64,000 nucleotides of DNA, from the NCBI GenBank assembly GCA_001804705.1, contig MHAY01000002.1, positions 20,183-84,182 of the forward strand, in the 5' to 3' direction. Numbering within the stretch: the first letter of the stretch is position 1; each line of letters opens with the position of its first letter. Source of the DNA: Ignavibacteria bacterium RIFOXYC2_FULL_35_21 (lineage in GTDB: Bacteria > Bacteroidota > Ignavibacteria > Kapaibacteriales > UBA2268). Positions 53,881 through 63,684 of the stretch are shown piece by piece. The position numbers and the translations under genes were made by a program. The notes beneath the pieces were generated by a model. It had not been told where the DNA came from and ran no database searches. It saw nothing but the letters and a program-made list of their open reading frames with translations.

Positions 53881-54227
53881 TACCTTTTCTCCTAAAAAAA
53901 TTACACATTAAAAATGATTTATATAAGCAATTATTGATAACATATAAATACATTAAAAAGAACTTTTTATCTTCATTAATACAATTTAATTCAAAAATTA
54001 ATTATTCGCAAATACTTTTTTAATTATTTTTCCACGAAAAGCAAGAGTAGGTCTTGGTTTTTAGTTATAGCTAATAATATTGTTAATTTGAAAGACTATT
54101 TTTTTTTGCTTTTAAATAATTAATTTTAAATAAAGAACAACCAATAAATTTTCATTATATCATAATTAAATAAAAAGCATTGAAACTATTAAATTTTAAT
54201 AGCTTACATGATTTATTAAATAAATTA

Positions 54228-55577
54228 CTAATAACCGAGTTCGGTTAAATGTTTTAATATTTCATCCCGGTAAATATTTAGCATTTCACCGTACCACATA
54301 TCCTGAGGAACTAAAAACAAGGCACCGTATGTATTTGATTCAGAGGGATTGAAATTTGAAGTTGCAATCTGAGTTTCTTCTTCGGGCCTGTACCTATTGT
54401 CAATATCATGGACGACCACAGTACATCCGAATCTGGTAAGTTTTTTTTCTTCAATTGGTGGCCCATCAAAACCGAATAATAGAAGAGGAATCCTGAATTT
54501 AACGATGTATCCGTCAGATGACAATGAAGATGAGGCTTTAATCCAGGCTGAAGCTTCCTTCTGGAATTTGTATAGTTTATCAGAACTGCTGACTTCTCTT
54601 ACGAATGCTTTCTTTTCAAGGAAATCACCGAGAGAAATTTTAAAATTAAATATTCCCTTTTCTTCGTCTGTTTTGAGGCTATTTTTGTTCTGTAAAGCCT
54701 CGACTATATCCTTCTCATTATTATCAGGAGGTTTAATATCGAGCCAAATTTCAATATTATCGGCCGGAATAAAATCGTAATAGTCATATACTACATTATC
54801 ATCTTTTATTTTGATTGTCATATAAATATATTCCTGGTCATAAGCAGAGCTGACCCAAAAGGAACAATCGTCTTCGCCTGACCAGTAATAAGCTCCTTTA
54901 ATAACATAAGTAGTATAATTATCATAAACCTGCGAAGCATAGCCCTCATATATGTTTCTTCCTCTTTGATAGCATGGAATCGAAAGATAGTCTGAATAGA
55001 ACCTGCTTTCATTCTTTATTGTCTTGATATATTTTTCAGTGTTTTTCAAAGTAGAAAAATCCTCATGAGTCTCATGTGTGAAATCTTTGATTCTTTTTGT
55101 AGTAAATTCTTCATTAAGAATGAGAGTTCCGTTCCTGAATGTATAGCCCCTGATAATCCAGTTGAATTGTTTGATTTTTGAAGTAATAAAACAGATATTA
55201 CTCCTGATGGTAACACCGATTTCCAAGGGTAATTCAACATAGTCAAATGGAATTTCAGTGAGATTTGTAAGGAATCCGTCAATATCAACGAAGAAATAAA
55301 CATGTGATGTCTTTTTCTTTTCTGCACTTATCTTAATGGTTAAAGCGACATCATTAAATCCGTCACCGGAAAAATCACCTACATCCCAGCCCCAGATTGA
55401 GTAATCACTTCCCTGAGGTAATTGCTTTTTTATGTCATCAATCAAATCTTCGGCAAAATAAGGTTCAAGTTTTTTTTCAAGCTCAGGGAACCTCATACCT
55501 CCCTGGCTGAAGGAATTTGAGAGTGAACACAGAAATAGCAGTATAAAGTATATAATTTTTTTCATTAATAATTTCAA
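54228..55577 (-). CDS. Hypothetical secreted protein (FG-GAP-like N-terminal motif; CBM9/DOMON-like C-terminal half suspected)
   Basis: Signal peptide. WGWDVGDFSGDGFNDVAL is FG-GAP-like. The C-terminal pattern YDQEYIYMTIKIKDD...DNIEIWLD...VVVHDID resembles CBM9-type sugar-binding folds. Low certainty. Confidence 0.4.
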   Translation of the reverse strand: MKLLMKKIIYFILLFLCSLSNSFSQGGMRFPELEKKLEPYFAEDLIDDIKKQLPQGSDYSIWGWDVGDFSGDGFNDVALTIKISAEKKKTSHVYFFVDIDGFLTNLTEIPFDYVELPLEIGVTIRSNICFITSKIKQFNWIIRGYTFRNGTLILNEEFTTKRIKDFTHETHEDFSTLKNTEKYIKTIKNESRFYSDYLSIPCYQRGRNIYEGYASQVYDNYTTYVIKGAYYWSGEDDCSFWVSSAYDQEYIYMTIKIKDDNVVYDYYDFIPADNIEIWLDIKPPDNNEKDIVEALQNKNSLKTDEEKGIFNFKISLGDFLEKKAFVREVSSSDKLYKFQKEASAWIKASSSLSSDGYIVKFRIPLLLFGFDGPPIEEKKLTRFGCTVVVHDIDNRYRPEEETQIATSNFNPSESNTYGALFLVPQDMWYGEMLNIYRDEILKHLTELGY

Positions 55578-55656
55578 ATTTATTATTCAATCATACAATT
55601 TATTAATCAATGACATGATTTCCAAATGACGAATCATTTTAAAAGAAGTGTACTTT

Positions 55657-56649
55657 TTATCCTAAAAAAAAGTCAATAATATTCGTGTGTTTCTCCTTTA
55701 ACCGGGGACCTAACTGTGATACGATTTTTGCTCCCGCATAAGAACCAAGCTGGCCTGCAAATTTTGCATCATTATGTTTGATTAAACCATAAAAGAATCC
55801 CGCGGCAAAAATATCTCCTGCACCAGTGCTGTCAACAGGATTTGCAGGGTAGGAAGGTATTGAAAGAATTTCATCGTTCCATTTAACTACTGCGCCTTTA
55901 TTTCCTTTTGTTATTGCAAAATTTGGTGTTAGAGACTCAAGAATTTTAACAGCATCATCAATATTGTTTGTTTGAGTGAAGTTCAATGCTTCAGCTTCAT
56001 TACAGAAGATTAATTCGGATAATTTTACACAATCTTCAACCGGCTTTCTGAAATTTTCGGTTATAAATACATCAGAAAAAGTGAATGAAATTTTAGTATT
56101 GTGTTTTTTTGCAATTTCGATTGCTTTAAAAACAGCATCAGAGCTTGATTTCTGAGAGAATTTATATCCTTCAATATAAAGCCATTTTGACCTTTTAATT
56201 AATTCTTCTGATAAATCTTCAATGCCGAAAGAAGCCGATGCGCCGAGTGAAGTCAGCATCGTTCGTTCCGAGTCAGGAGAAATAAGAATCAGGCAGGTTC
56301 CTGTCAGTTCGGTTTTACTTTTAGTATAATGAAGAATAATTCCCAAATCCTCGAATTCTTTTGAATAGAATTTTCCAAATTCATCATCGCCTAACTTAGA
56401 ATTATATGCCGCCGAGCCGCCAAATCGGGAATATGCAATAATTGTATTCGCCGCTGAACCGCCGCTGGCTCTATACTCTTCCTTAATACCGATGTTTTTT
56501 ATTATTTCATTTTGAAATCCGGAATCGACAAGCCTCATTTCTCCTTTTTTGATATTCAATTTAGAAATGATTTCATCAGTTACCAAGTATTGAATATCGA
56601 GGAGGCTGTTACCGATTCCGCACAGGCCTATATCTTTTATTTGGCTCAT
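55657..56649 (-). CDS. PfkB-family carbohydrate/adenosine kinase
   Basis: GGSAANT and DSTGAGDIFAAGFFYG (PfkB signature 2). Confidence 0.78.
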   Translation of the reverse strand: MSQIKDIGLCGIGNSLLDIQYLVTDEIISKLNIKKGEMRLVDSGFQNEIIKNIGIKEEYRASGGSAANTIIAYSRFGGSAAYNSKLGDDEFGKFYSKEFEDLGIILHYTKSKTELTGTCLILISPDSERTMLTSLGASASFGIEDLSEELIKRSKWLYIEGYKFSQKSSSDAVFKAIEIAKKHNTKISFTFSDVFITENFRKPVEDCVKLSELIFCNEAEALNFTQTNNIDDAVKILESLTPNFAITKGNKGAVVKWNDEILSIPSYPANPVDSTGAGDIFAAGFFYGLIKHNDAKFAGQLGSYAGAKIVSQLGPRLKEKHTNIIDFFLG

Positions 56650-57692
56650 TCTTTGTTTTCTTCAACGTGATTATTATTTTTATCGAAAACAAGCTGAATT
56701 ATTCTTTCACACAATTCGGGAAATTCAATACCGACTTCTTTTGCCGCCATAGGTACAAGGCTTGTTGAAGTGAAACCGGGTATGGTGTTTATCTCAAGAA
56801 GGAATGGCTGGCCTTCGTCGTCGAGGCGGAAATCTGTTCTTGCAAATCCTGAGCATCCGAGAATATTATAAGCTGACAATGCCTGGTTTTGCATAAATTC
56901 TGCAATATCTTCGCTGACATCGGCAGGGCAGATGTACTCGGTTTTTCCTTTGGTATATTTATGTTCGTAATCGTAAAAGCCTTCTTCAGGAACAATCTCA
57001 ATCAATGGCAGTGCTTCTCCTCCGACTATACCGACTGTTATTTCCCTTCCTTCGATGAATTGCTCGGCTATTACTATTTCTGAAAATTTTGATGCTTCTT
57101 CAACGCCGTGATTAATGTCGTCGAGATTTCCCGAATCAACTATAGTTATACCGATTGTCGAACCCTGGTCATTTGGCTTAATAACAAGTTCGTTGCCAAG
57201 TTCGCTTCGTATATCTTCAAAGTAATCATAATTACCGTAATCTTTGGGCCTGACGGTCATCCATTGTGGTGTGGTTATGCCTGCCGCAAGGAAAAGCATT
57301 TTTGAAGCGAGTTTGTCAATGCCGATTGCACTTGCTTTTATGTTGCTTCCTGTGTAAGGAATGCCGCGAAGCTCGAGCAGAGCCTGAATTTTACCATCTT
57401 CACCGTACTTGCCATGAAGAACGATAAAAGCTACATCTATATCATCAAAAAGTTCTGAGTGAATACATTCAATAATTTTTTTTGAATCAAATTTTGCAAG
57501 CTCTTCAAGTGAGATACTATTAGATGGTGAAATTATTTCTTCCATCGTTTGTTTACCATTAGTTCCGAAAGCCGGGTCAATAGGCACTACCTCATGTCCA
57601 AGTTCCTTCAAAGCTTTTATTACAGCCAATCCGCCGGCAATCGAAACATTTCTTTCGGGAGAAATCCCGCCATATAATACAGCTACCTTCAT
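56646..57692 (-). CDS. ddl: D-alanine--D-alanine ligase
   Basis: KVAVLYGGISPERNVS, HGKYGEDGKIQALLE, ATP-grasp region, and C-terminal EINTIPGFTSTSL. Confidence 0.9.
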   Translation of the reverse strand: MKVAVLYGGISPERNVSIAGGLAVIKALKELGHEVVPIDPAFGTNGKQTMEEIISPSNSISLEELAKFDSKKIIECIHSELFDDIDVAFIVLHGKYGEDGKIQALLELRGIPYTGSNIKASAIGIDKLASKMLFLAAGITTPQWMTVRPKDYGNYDYFEDIRSELGNELVIKPNDQGSTIGITIVDSGNLDDINHGVEEASKFSEIVIAEQFIEGREITVGIVGGEALPLIEIVPEEGFYDYEHKYTKGKTEYICPADVSEDIAEFMQNQALSAYNILGCSGFARTDFRLDDEGQPFLLEINTIPGFTSTSLVPMAAKEVGIEFPELCERIIQLVFDKNNNHVEENKE

Positions 57693-57720
57693 ATATCTGA
57701 TTTTATTAGTTAAACAACTA

Positions 57721-57866
57721 TTTTCTTGTCAATTTTCAATTTATAATTTTCAATTTTCAATCAATTTCTAATTATCAATTTAAATTTCAATTATCAATTT
57801 ACAATCAATTTTTAATTCTAAATATTCAATTTTCATTTCAATTTATAATTTTCAATTTTCAGTTTT
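57721..57866. repeat. Long degenerate (aattttc/aatttat)n microsatellite tract, about 145 bp
   Basis: caattttcaatttataattttcaattttcaatcaatttctaattatcaattt... fills the whole ddl-UDG spacer. Confidence 0.9.
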
Positions 57867-58664
57867 TTAGATTTTTAATTTGCTATTTAAATATTCATCA
57901 TACAGGCGTCTCAACAATCTGACATCATCCCAGACATTTTTCTTCCATCCCGGATTTCTAAGTAATGCGGCGGGATGGTAAGTTACAACCATTTTAATAC
58001 CATGATAATTCTGCACTGTTCCCCTGATTTCTCCCATTTTGTTTTTCTTCTTCAGTAAAGTGTCAATTGCTGTTAAACCAAGAGCAAGAATAAATTTCGG
58101 TTGAATGAGTTCAATTTGTTTTATTAAATATGGTTCACATTCATCTATTTCGGAAGGGAATGGTGACCTGTTATCGGGAGGACGGCATTTGAGTATATTG
58201 CAAATAAATACATCATCCCTGGATAATCCGATTGATTCGATTATTTTGGTAAGTAATTGCCCCGCTCTGCCAACAAATGGTTTGCCTTGCTCATCTTCGT
58301 CGGCTCCGGGAGCTTCACCGATAAGCATAATGTCAGCCTGTGGATTTCCCGTTCCGAAAACAAAGTTTTTTCTTGTAGCTCCTAATGGGCAATTCTGGCA
58401 ATTATGAATTTTTTCATACAAGGCATCGAGACTTTTTGTTTTCTTCCATTCAGGTTCATCGGTAAATAAATCTGTAGGTTCATCTGATATAACTATTTTT
58501 CTTTGCTCCTTTTCTTTTTCAGGAATTTTTTCTTCCTGAAATAAAACATTAATGGTAGAATCAGTTGATTTTTCTTTTTCAGTGTAAAATACATTACCAA
58601 AAACCTCCTGCTGCTGCCTGAAGTATTGGCCAACCAATTCATTTAATGTTCTATCACCCATCAT
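57867..58664 (-). CDS. Uracil-DNA glycosylase, family 4
   Basis: CQNCPL (Fe-S Cys), GEAPGADEDEQGKPFVGRAGQLL, ILKCRPP, and HPAALLRNP at the C-terminus. There is an N-terminal extension of about 90 aa. Confidence 0.85.
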   Translation of the reverse strand: MMGDRTLNELVGQYFRQQQEVFGNVFYTEKEKSTDSTINVLFQEEKIPEKEKEQRKIVISDEPTDLFTDEPEWKKTKSLDALYEKIHNCQNCPLGATRKNFVFGTGNPQADIMLIGEAPGADEDEQGKPFVGRAGQLLTKIIESIGLSRDDVFICNILKCRPPDNRSPFPSEIDECEPYLIKQIELIQPKFILALGLTAIDTLLKKKNKMGEIRGTVQNYHGIKMVVTYHPAALLRNPGWKKNVWDDVRLLRRLYDEYLNSKLKI

Positions 58665-58671
58665 TAAAATA

Positions 58672-58762
58672 AAATTTTCAATTTCTAATTTTCAATTTTC
58701 AAAAAATTACAGTTTTCAGTTTTCAGTTTTCAATTTAAATTATCAATTAACAATTTTCAATT
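58672..58762. repeat. Degenerate (aattttc/agttttc)n microsatellite tract
   Basis: aaattttcaatttctaattttcaattttcaaaaaattacagttttcagttttcagttttcaattt... Confidence 0.9.
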
Positions 58763-58765
58763 ATT

Positions 58766-59842
58766 TCAAATATACTCTTTAATTTGTATTTCACCTTTAA
58801 GAGCATAGTAAGTTCCTTCGGCAAGAGCCCGCATTTCGTCTTCACCGGGATAAACCTTAAGCGGTGCTAAAAAAGAAATCCGTCCTTTGATTGAATTTAT
58901 TATTCTATCGGAATAAGCAAGACCGCCGGTTATTAATATACAATCAATTTTACCGGATAAAACTGCGGAACATGCACCAATTTCTTTAGAAACCTGGTAT
59001 GCCATAGAATCGAGAATCAGTTTTGCTCTGGCATCACCATTATCAATACGTCTCTCAGCTTCGGAAGCATCATTTGTTCCAAGATAAGCAATCATTCCGC
59101 CTTTGCCGGTAATCATTTTTCTTATTTCATGGTATTGATATTTATCCGAGAAACATATTTTGACTAATGCTCCTGCAGGTAGAGTTCCTGCTCTTTCAGG
59201 CGAGAACGGGCCCTCACCGTCTAATCCATTGTTAACGTCAATAACCCTGCCTTTCTTATGTACACCGACAGTAATTCCACCGCCAAGATGAACGACAATC
59301 AGATTCAAATCTTCGTATTTTTTATTTATTTCTCTTGCATATCTTCGTGCAACTGCCTTTTGGTTTAATGCATGAAAAATACTAATTCTCGGTAGTTCGG
59401 GATTACCGGAGATTCTTGCAATGTCATCAAGTTCATCAACAACCACAGGGTCAACAATAAAAGCATCAATATTTTTATTATTTTCATTTGCAATTTCCTT
59501 TGCAAGTATTCCCCCGATATTTGAAGCATGTTCACCGAGTAGCTCTTTCTTTAAATCCGAAATTAAGACATCATTGACCCTGTAAACACCTCCGGGAATG
59601 GGTTTGAGCAAACCTCCTCTGCCAACTACGGCATCCAAAGAATGAATATCAATTTTTGCAAGAGAAAGTGAATCAATAATTATTTTTTTTCTGAACCGGT
59701 ACTGGTCAATGATTCTTGGATATTGCCCCAATTCCTCCGAATTATGCCTTAAAACTGTTGTGAAAATTTCTTTTAAATCATCAAAAACAGAAATTTTGGT
59801 GGACGTTGAACCCGGATTTATAGCTAAAATTCTCATTTTCAA
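58766..59842 (-). CDS. buk: Butyrate kinase
   Basis: [20 protein letters not shown] and the HLGGGITVG region. Size and adjacency to ptb fit. Confidence 0.88.
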   Translation of the reverse strand: MKMRILAINPGSTSTKISVFDDLKEIFTTVLRHNSEELGQYPRIIDQYRFRKKIIIDSLSLAKIDIHSLDAVVGRGGLLKPIPGGVYRVNDVLISDLKKELLGEHASNIGGILAKEIANENNKNIDAFIVDPVVVDELDDIARISGNPELPRISIFHALNQKAVARRYAREINKKYEDLNLIVVHLGGGITVGVHKKGRVIDVNNGLDGEGPFSPERAGTLPAGALVKICFSDKYQYHEIRKMITGKGGMIAYLGTNDASEAERRIDNGDARAKLILDSMAYQVSKEIGACSAVLSGKIDCILITGGLAYSDRIINSIKGRISFLAPLKVYPGEDEMRALAEGTYYALKGEIQIKEYI

Positions 59843-59972
59843 ATTTTATATCTAAAATTACAATAACTAACTTTCATCATCATATCTTCTAAATGTATTA
59901 GGAATAATGAAATGTGAGTAATTACATTCAAAATTCAATAATTTTTATTATTCACTATTCATTATTCATTGA

Positions 59973-60869
59973 TTAATAGCTTGCGGCTAAGGCAATGGAC
60001 ATAAGTTTGCTCCTGTTGCTATCAGACCTGGATGTTAGCACAATAGGAACAGAAGCACCCAATATAATTGCTGCCACTTTAGCATCAGCAAAGTATGTTA
60101 AACTTTTATATAAAATGTTTCCTGATTCAATATCCGGAGTTAAAAGTAAATCAACATCACCGCTTACTTCACTAACAATTCCTTTATGCTCTGCTGATTC
60201 TTTTGAAATTGCATTATCGAAACCAAGCGGGCCATCAATAATACAACCATTAATTTGTTTTCTCCGGTTCATCATAGTTAAAAGAGCAGCATGTATTGTT
60301 GCTTCCATTTTAGGATTTACGGTTTCGACAGCCGCAACGACAGCAATTTTTGGATGAACAATACCGATTCTATGAAAACAATCAACGGCATTATTAAGAA
60401 TATCAATTTTTTCTTCGAGTGTTGGAGCTATGTTCTGAGCGACATCTGTAACAGCAAGAAGTTTGTGATATTTTTTCAATTCAAAGAAACCGATGTGGCT
60501 TAGAAGTTGTCCAGTTCTTAATCCGTTCTCCTTGTCGAGAATAGCCCTAAGGTAATCGGCAGTGTTTACCATACCTTTCATAAGAATCTGAGCTTTGTTT
60601 TCTCTGATTAAACCGACAGATATTTTGCAGGCTTGTACAGGATTAATCTCATTAATTATATCAATGCCCTTTAAATCGAAATTTATTTTTGAAGAAATTT
60701 CCTCGATAATAATTCTGTTTCCAACGAGTATAGGTTCAACTATGTTTTCTTTTCTTGCGGCGGCAACAGCTTCGAGAACAGGCTGGTCTTCGGCAGCAGC
60801 CACGGCAATTTTCTTTTTCGATTTGCCTGCCGCAATTTCGATAAAAGTATTTAATGTTTTTAGAATCAT
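59973..60869 (-). CDS. ptb: Phosphate butyryltransferase
   Basis: About 300 aa PTA_PTB family (KIAVAAAEDQPVLEAV..., ILMKGMVNT, DIESGNILYK), upstream of buk. Confidence 0.82.
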   Translation of the reverse strand: MILKTLNTFIEIAAGKSKKKIAVAAAEDQPVLEAVAAARKENIVEPILVGNRIIIEEISSKINFDLKGIDIINEINPVQACKISVGLIRENKAQILMKGMVNTADYLRAILDKENGLRTGQLLSHIGFFELKKYHKLLAVTDVAQNIAPTLEEKIDILNNAVDCFHRIGIVHPKIAVVAAVETVNPKMEATIHAALLTMMNRRKQINGCIIDGPLGFDNAISKESAEHKGIVSEVSGDVDLLLTPDIESGNILYKSLTYFADAKVAAIILGASVPIVLTSRSDSNRSKLMSIALAASY

Positions 60870-60948
60870 ATCTCAATTAATCTAAGTTAAAATTCAAAAA
60901 ATATATAATAAACCCTGCAGATTAACAGGGTGGAATTTTCTAATTAAT

Positions 60949-62472
60949 TTATTCTAAACTACCTACAACTTTTTCTACTGCATCAAGTATTTTACAAGAC
61001 TTGACAAGCTCTTTCATTTTATTGTGGTCGCTATAAAGGGGCCTGTCAATATCGAGGAAATCAACATTTTTCCTTACCACATTTTTTGCAGCAGTCACTC
61101 CATCTCCCGTTTTAAATTCACGGAAATCGAGAGCCTGAGCTGCCGCCATAAATTCTATCCCAAGTATTCCGTAGGCATTATCGAGTATTTGGGCATTTTT
61201 TAATGCGGTGTTCATTCCCATCGAAACAAAATCTTCCTGGTCAGCCGCAGCAGGAATTGAATGTATGGATGCAGGATTAGAAAGAATCCTTTGTTCGACG
61301 ATAAGAGTATCCGCTGTGTATTGGCTGAGCATCATACCTGAGAACATCCCTGCACCCTTGGTTAAAAATGCAGGTAAGCCTACACTCAAAGCCGGATTTA
61401 ACAATCTGTTCAACCTGCGTTCCGATAGAACACTAACCATTGTAATTGATGCTCCAGCAAAATCCATTGGAAGTGAAACAGGTGTTCCCTGGAAATTTGC
61501 ACCTGTAAGTGTTATATTATCTTCAGGAATAAATATGGGATTATCACCAACACCGTTTAGTTCGGTTTCAACTTGTACTTTTGCATAAGCGACAACATCA
61601 TGTGCGGCACCAATAACTTGTGGAGTAGAACGCATCGAATAAGCATCCTGCACTTTTGTTTTTATTTTACCAGTTAAAAGGTCGCTTCCTTCGATACATT
61701 TCCTAATTGCATTTCCACTTCTTTGAGCTCCTTTGAATCCTCTCATTTTATGCAATCTTATGTCATAAGGTTTCATGTTTGCGAGAAGAGCCTCAAGAGT
61801 CATTGCCGCAGCAATTTCAGACTGCATCAGGAATTTATTGAAATCATAAAGATGAATGGCGCTCATTGCCGTCAATAAATTTGAGCCATTGATAACTGCC
61901 AAGCCATCCCTTGCTTTTAAGCCTGGAATAGATATACCTGCTTTTTCCAAAGCAACTTTACCGGGCAGTCTTTCGCCTTTGAAATAGGCTTCTCCTTCGC
62001 CCAACATCAGAAGGGCTATTTGGGACATGGGTGCTAAATCTCCGCTTGCTCCGACAGAACCCTTTTCGCAAACGACAGGTGTAACACCTTTGTTCAGCAT
62101 TTCAATAAGTGTTTGCGTAATTTCTAATCTGCAACCTGAGTTGCCATGAGCATGGACATTAATCCTCCCAGCCATTGCACCGCGGACATATTCAACAGGA
62201 ACAGGTTCGCCTATACCGGCAGAGTGATTGTAAATTAAATATTTTTGAAAATCTTTGATTTGCTCGTCAGTAAGAACAATCTCGGAAAATTCACCGATTC
62301 CGGTATTGACACCGTACATGATTTCACCTGCATCAATTTTTTTCTCTAGCATTGCACGGCAGGAGTTGATTTTTTGTATTGACGAATTGTCAAGTTCCAC
62401 CTTTTCGTTATGCCGTGCAATACTTACCAGTTTTTCAATTGTCAATGACTGGCCATTTATTGTTATTGCCAT
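60949..62472 (-). CDS. hutH: MIO-dependent aromatic amino acid ammonia-lyase, histidine ammonia-lyase-like
   Basis: GSVGASGDLAPMS (Ala-Ser-Gly MIO precursor), YGVNTGIG, NHSAGIG (His retained at the HAL selectivity position), QDAYSMR. Confidence 0.75.
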   Translation of the reverse strand: MAITINGQSLTIEKLVSIARHNEKVELDNSSIQKINSCRAMLEKKIDAGEIMYGVNTGIGEFSEIVLTDEQIKDFQKYLIYNHSAGIGEPVPVEYVRGAMAGRINVHAHGNSGCRLEITQTLIEMLNKGVTPVVCEKGSVGASGDLAPMSQIALLMLGEGEAYFKGERLPGKVALEKAGISIPGLKARDGLAVINGSNLLTAMSAIHLYDFNKFLMQSEIAAAMTLEALLANMKPYDIRLHKMRGFKGAQRSGNAIRKCIEGSDLLTGKIKTKVQDAYSMRSTPQVIGAAHDVVAYAKVQVETELNGVGDNPIFIPEDNITLTGANFQGTPVSLPMDFAGASITMVSVLSERRLNRLLNPALSVGLPAFLTKGAGMFSGMMLSQYTADTLIVEQRILSNPASIHSIPAAADQEDFVSMGMNTALKNAQILDNAYGILGIEFMAAAQALDFREFKTGDGVTAAKNVVRKNVDFLDIDRPLYSDHNKMKELVKSCKILDAVEKVVGSLE

Positions 62473-62496
62473 AAAATCCTACTAAAATAATCTCTA

Positions 62497-63453
62497 TCAA
62501 AACGGTATAATATCTTTTGTACCCATAACAAATTGTAATACTCTGCCAAAACCTAATCCCATACCCGCACGTTCAACAGGATTGTTCTTGAATAGATTAA
62601 GATAATCATCAAACATAGCATTTACTTCATCGGGTTTCCCATCGTGCATATTCTTCAGTTCTCTGAGTTGAGTAATCATGGTACCTTCATCCAGTCTTTT
62701 CTTGAGTATATCATAATCATATTCACGAACAGAACCGCCAATTGATTCCCCTGAGTTTTTCAGAATTACATCTACACATTCACATGTTTGTCTTTCGGGC
62801 GGGTCTTCGCGTACAAGTTTCATATTGAAAAATTTAATTTTTTCAGGATAACGGGTAATCATTAAATTTTGGTCGTAATAATCAACTAAAAAGCTTTCAT
62901 AAGCTGATGATAAGTCCTCACCCCATTCAATTTTAAATTTGGTTTTCAAAACTTCAACCGCATCTGTATAGGTGATTATTTTGAATCCTTTTTCATAATA
63001 GATATATAGATTATGATGCTCATGAGGGGTAAGTAAACCATGTTTGGATGAAACATTAAGGACTGTAATAAAAATATAATTTAATAAGTCCTTACAGTGT
63101 TTCAGCAACCACTTCATATCTGTATCTAATGCTTCTGTTTCGAGCAATTCAAAATCATTTAGATGCCTTCCATCGGAAACCCACTGCTTGTTATCTCTTC
63201 TGTAACTCCTATTGGTTGAAAACATCCGGGGTAATCCGTTGAGAAAAATATCTCTTTCGAGATGGAGCTGTACAGTCTGGGATAAAGTCTGGAAACGTTC
63301 TTCGTTGAGGGTAAATACATTACTGACAGCTTCGCATGAACCTGTCGCATTTGTAATACCCGCATAGGGAACTCCGACAAATCCCTCGTTCCATAAAAAT
63401 TCGAGTGCGGATTGATAAATCAATCCCTTGAGAATAACTATATTTTTGTTCAT
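62497..63453 (-). CDS. Stand-alone class II aminoacyl-tRNA-synthetase-like catalytic core (AsnRS/AspRS-related; asparagine-synthetase-A-like candidate)
   Basis: No anticodon-binding domain. Motif-2-like YRRDNKQWVSDGRHLNDFELLETE and motif-3-like GMGLGFGRVLQFV. Confidence 0.55.
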   Translation of the reverse strand: MNKNIVILKGLIYQSALEFLWNEGFVGVPYAGITNATGSCEAVSNVFTLNEERFQTLSQTVQLHLERDIFLNGLPRMFSTNRSYRRDNKQWVSDGRHLNDFELLETEALDTDMKWLLKHCKDLLNYIFITVLNVSSKHGLLTPHEHHNLYIYYEKGFKIITYTDAVEVLKTKFKIEWGEDLSSAYESFLVDYYDQNLMITRYPEKIKFFNMKLVREDPPERQTCECVDVILKNSGESIGGSVREYDYDILKKRLDEGTMITQLRELKNMHDGKPDEVNAMFDDYLNLFKNNPVERAGMGLGFGRVLQFVMGTKDIIPF

Positions 63454-63506
63454 AAAAAAAAAACCTCACATTATTAATGGTTTAATATGCAGAAAATCTG
63501 CTATTT

Positions 63507-63527
63507 GGACAGAACAGTGTTCTGTCC
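63507..63527. repeat. REP-like palindrome family C
   Basis: ggacagaacagtgttctgtcc. Confidence 0.85.
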
Positions 63528-63657
63528 TTACTATTTATAAATTATTATCACATAAAGTACCCATAAAACGGGCTTCGATAAAAACAAATATTTTTTATTC
63601 TCAAGGAAGATATAATCTTTTATTGATTTCTTCATTATTTAATTCATATATTTTGTT

Positions 63658-63680
63658 GGGCAAACACATAGGTTTGCCCC
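63658..63680. repeat. REP-like palindrome family I
   Basis: gggcaaacacataggtttgcccc. Confidence 0.8.
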
Positions 63681-63684
63681 TACA

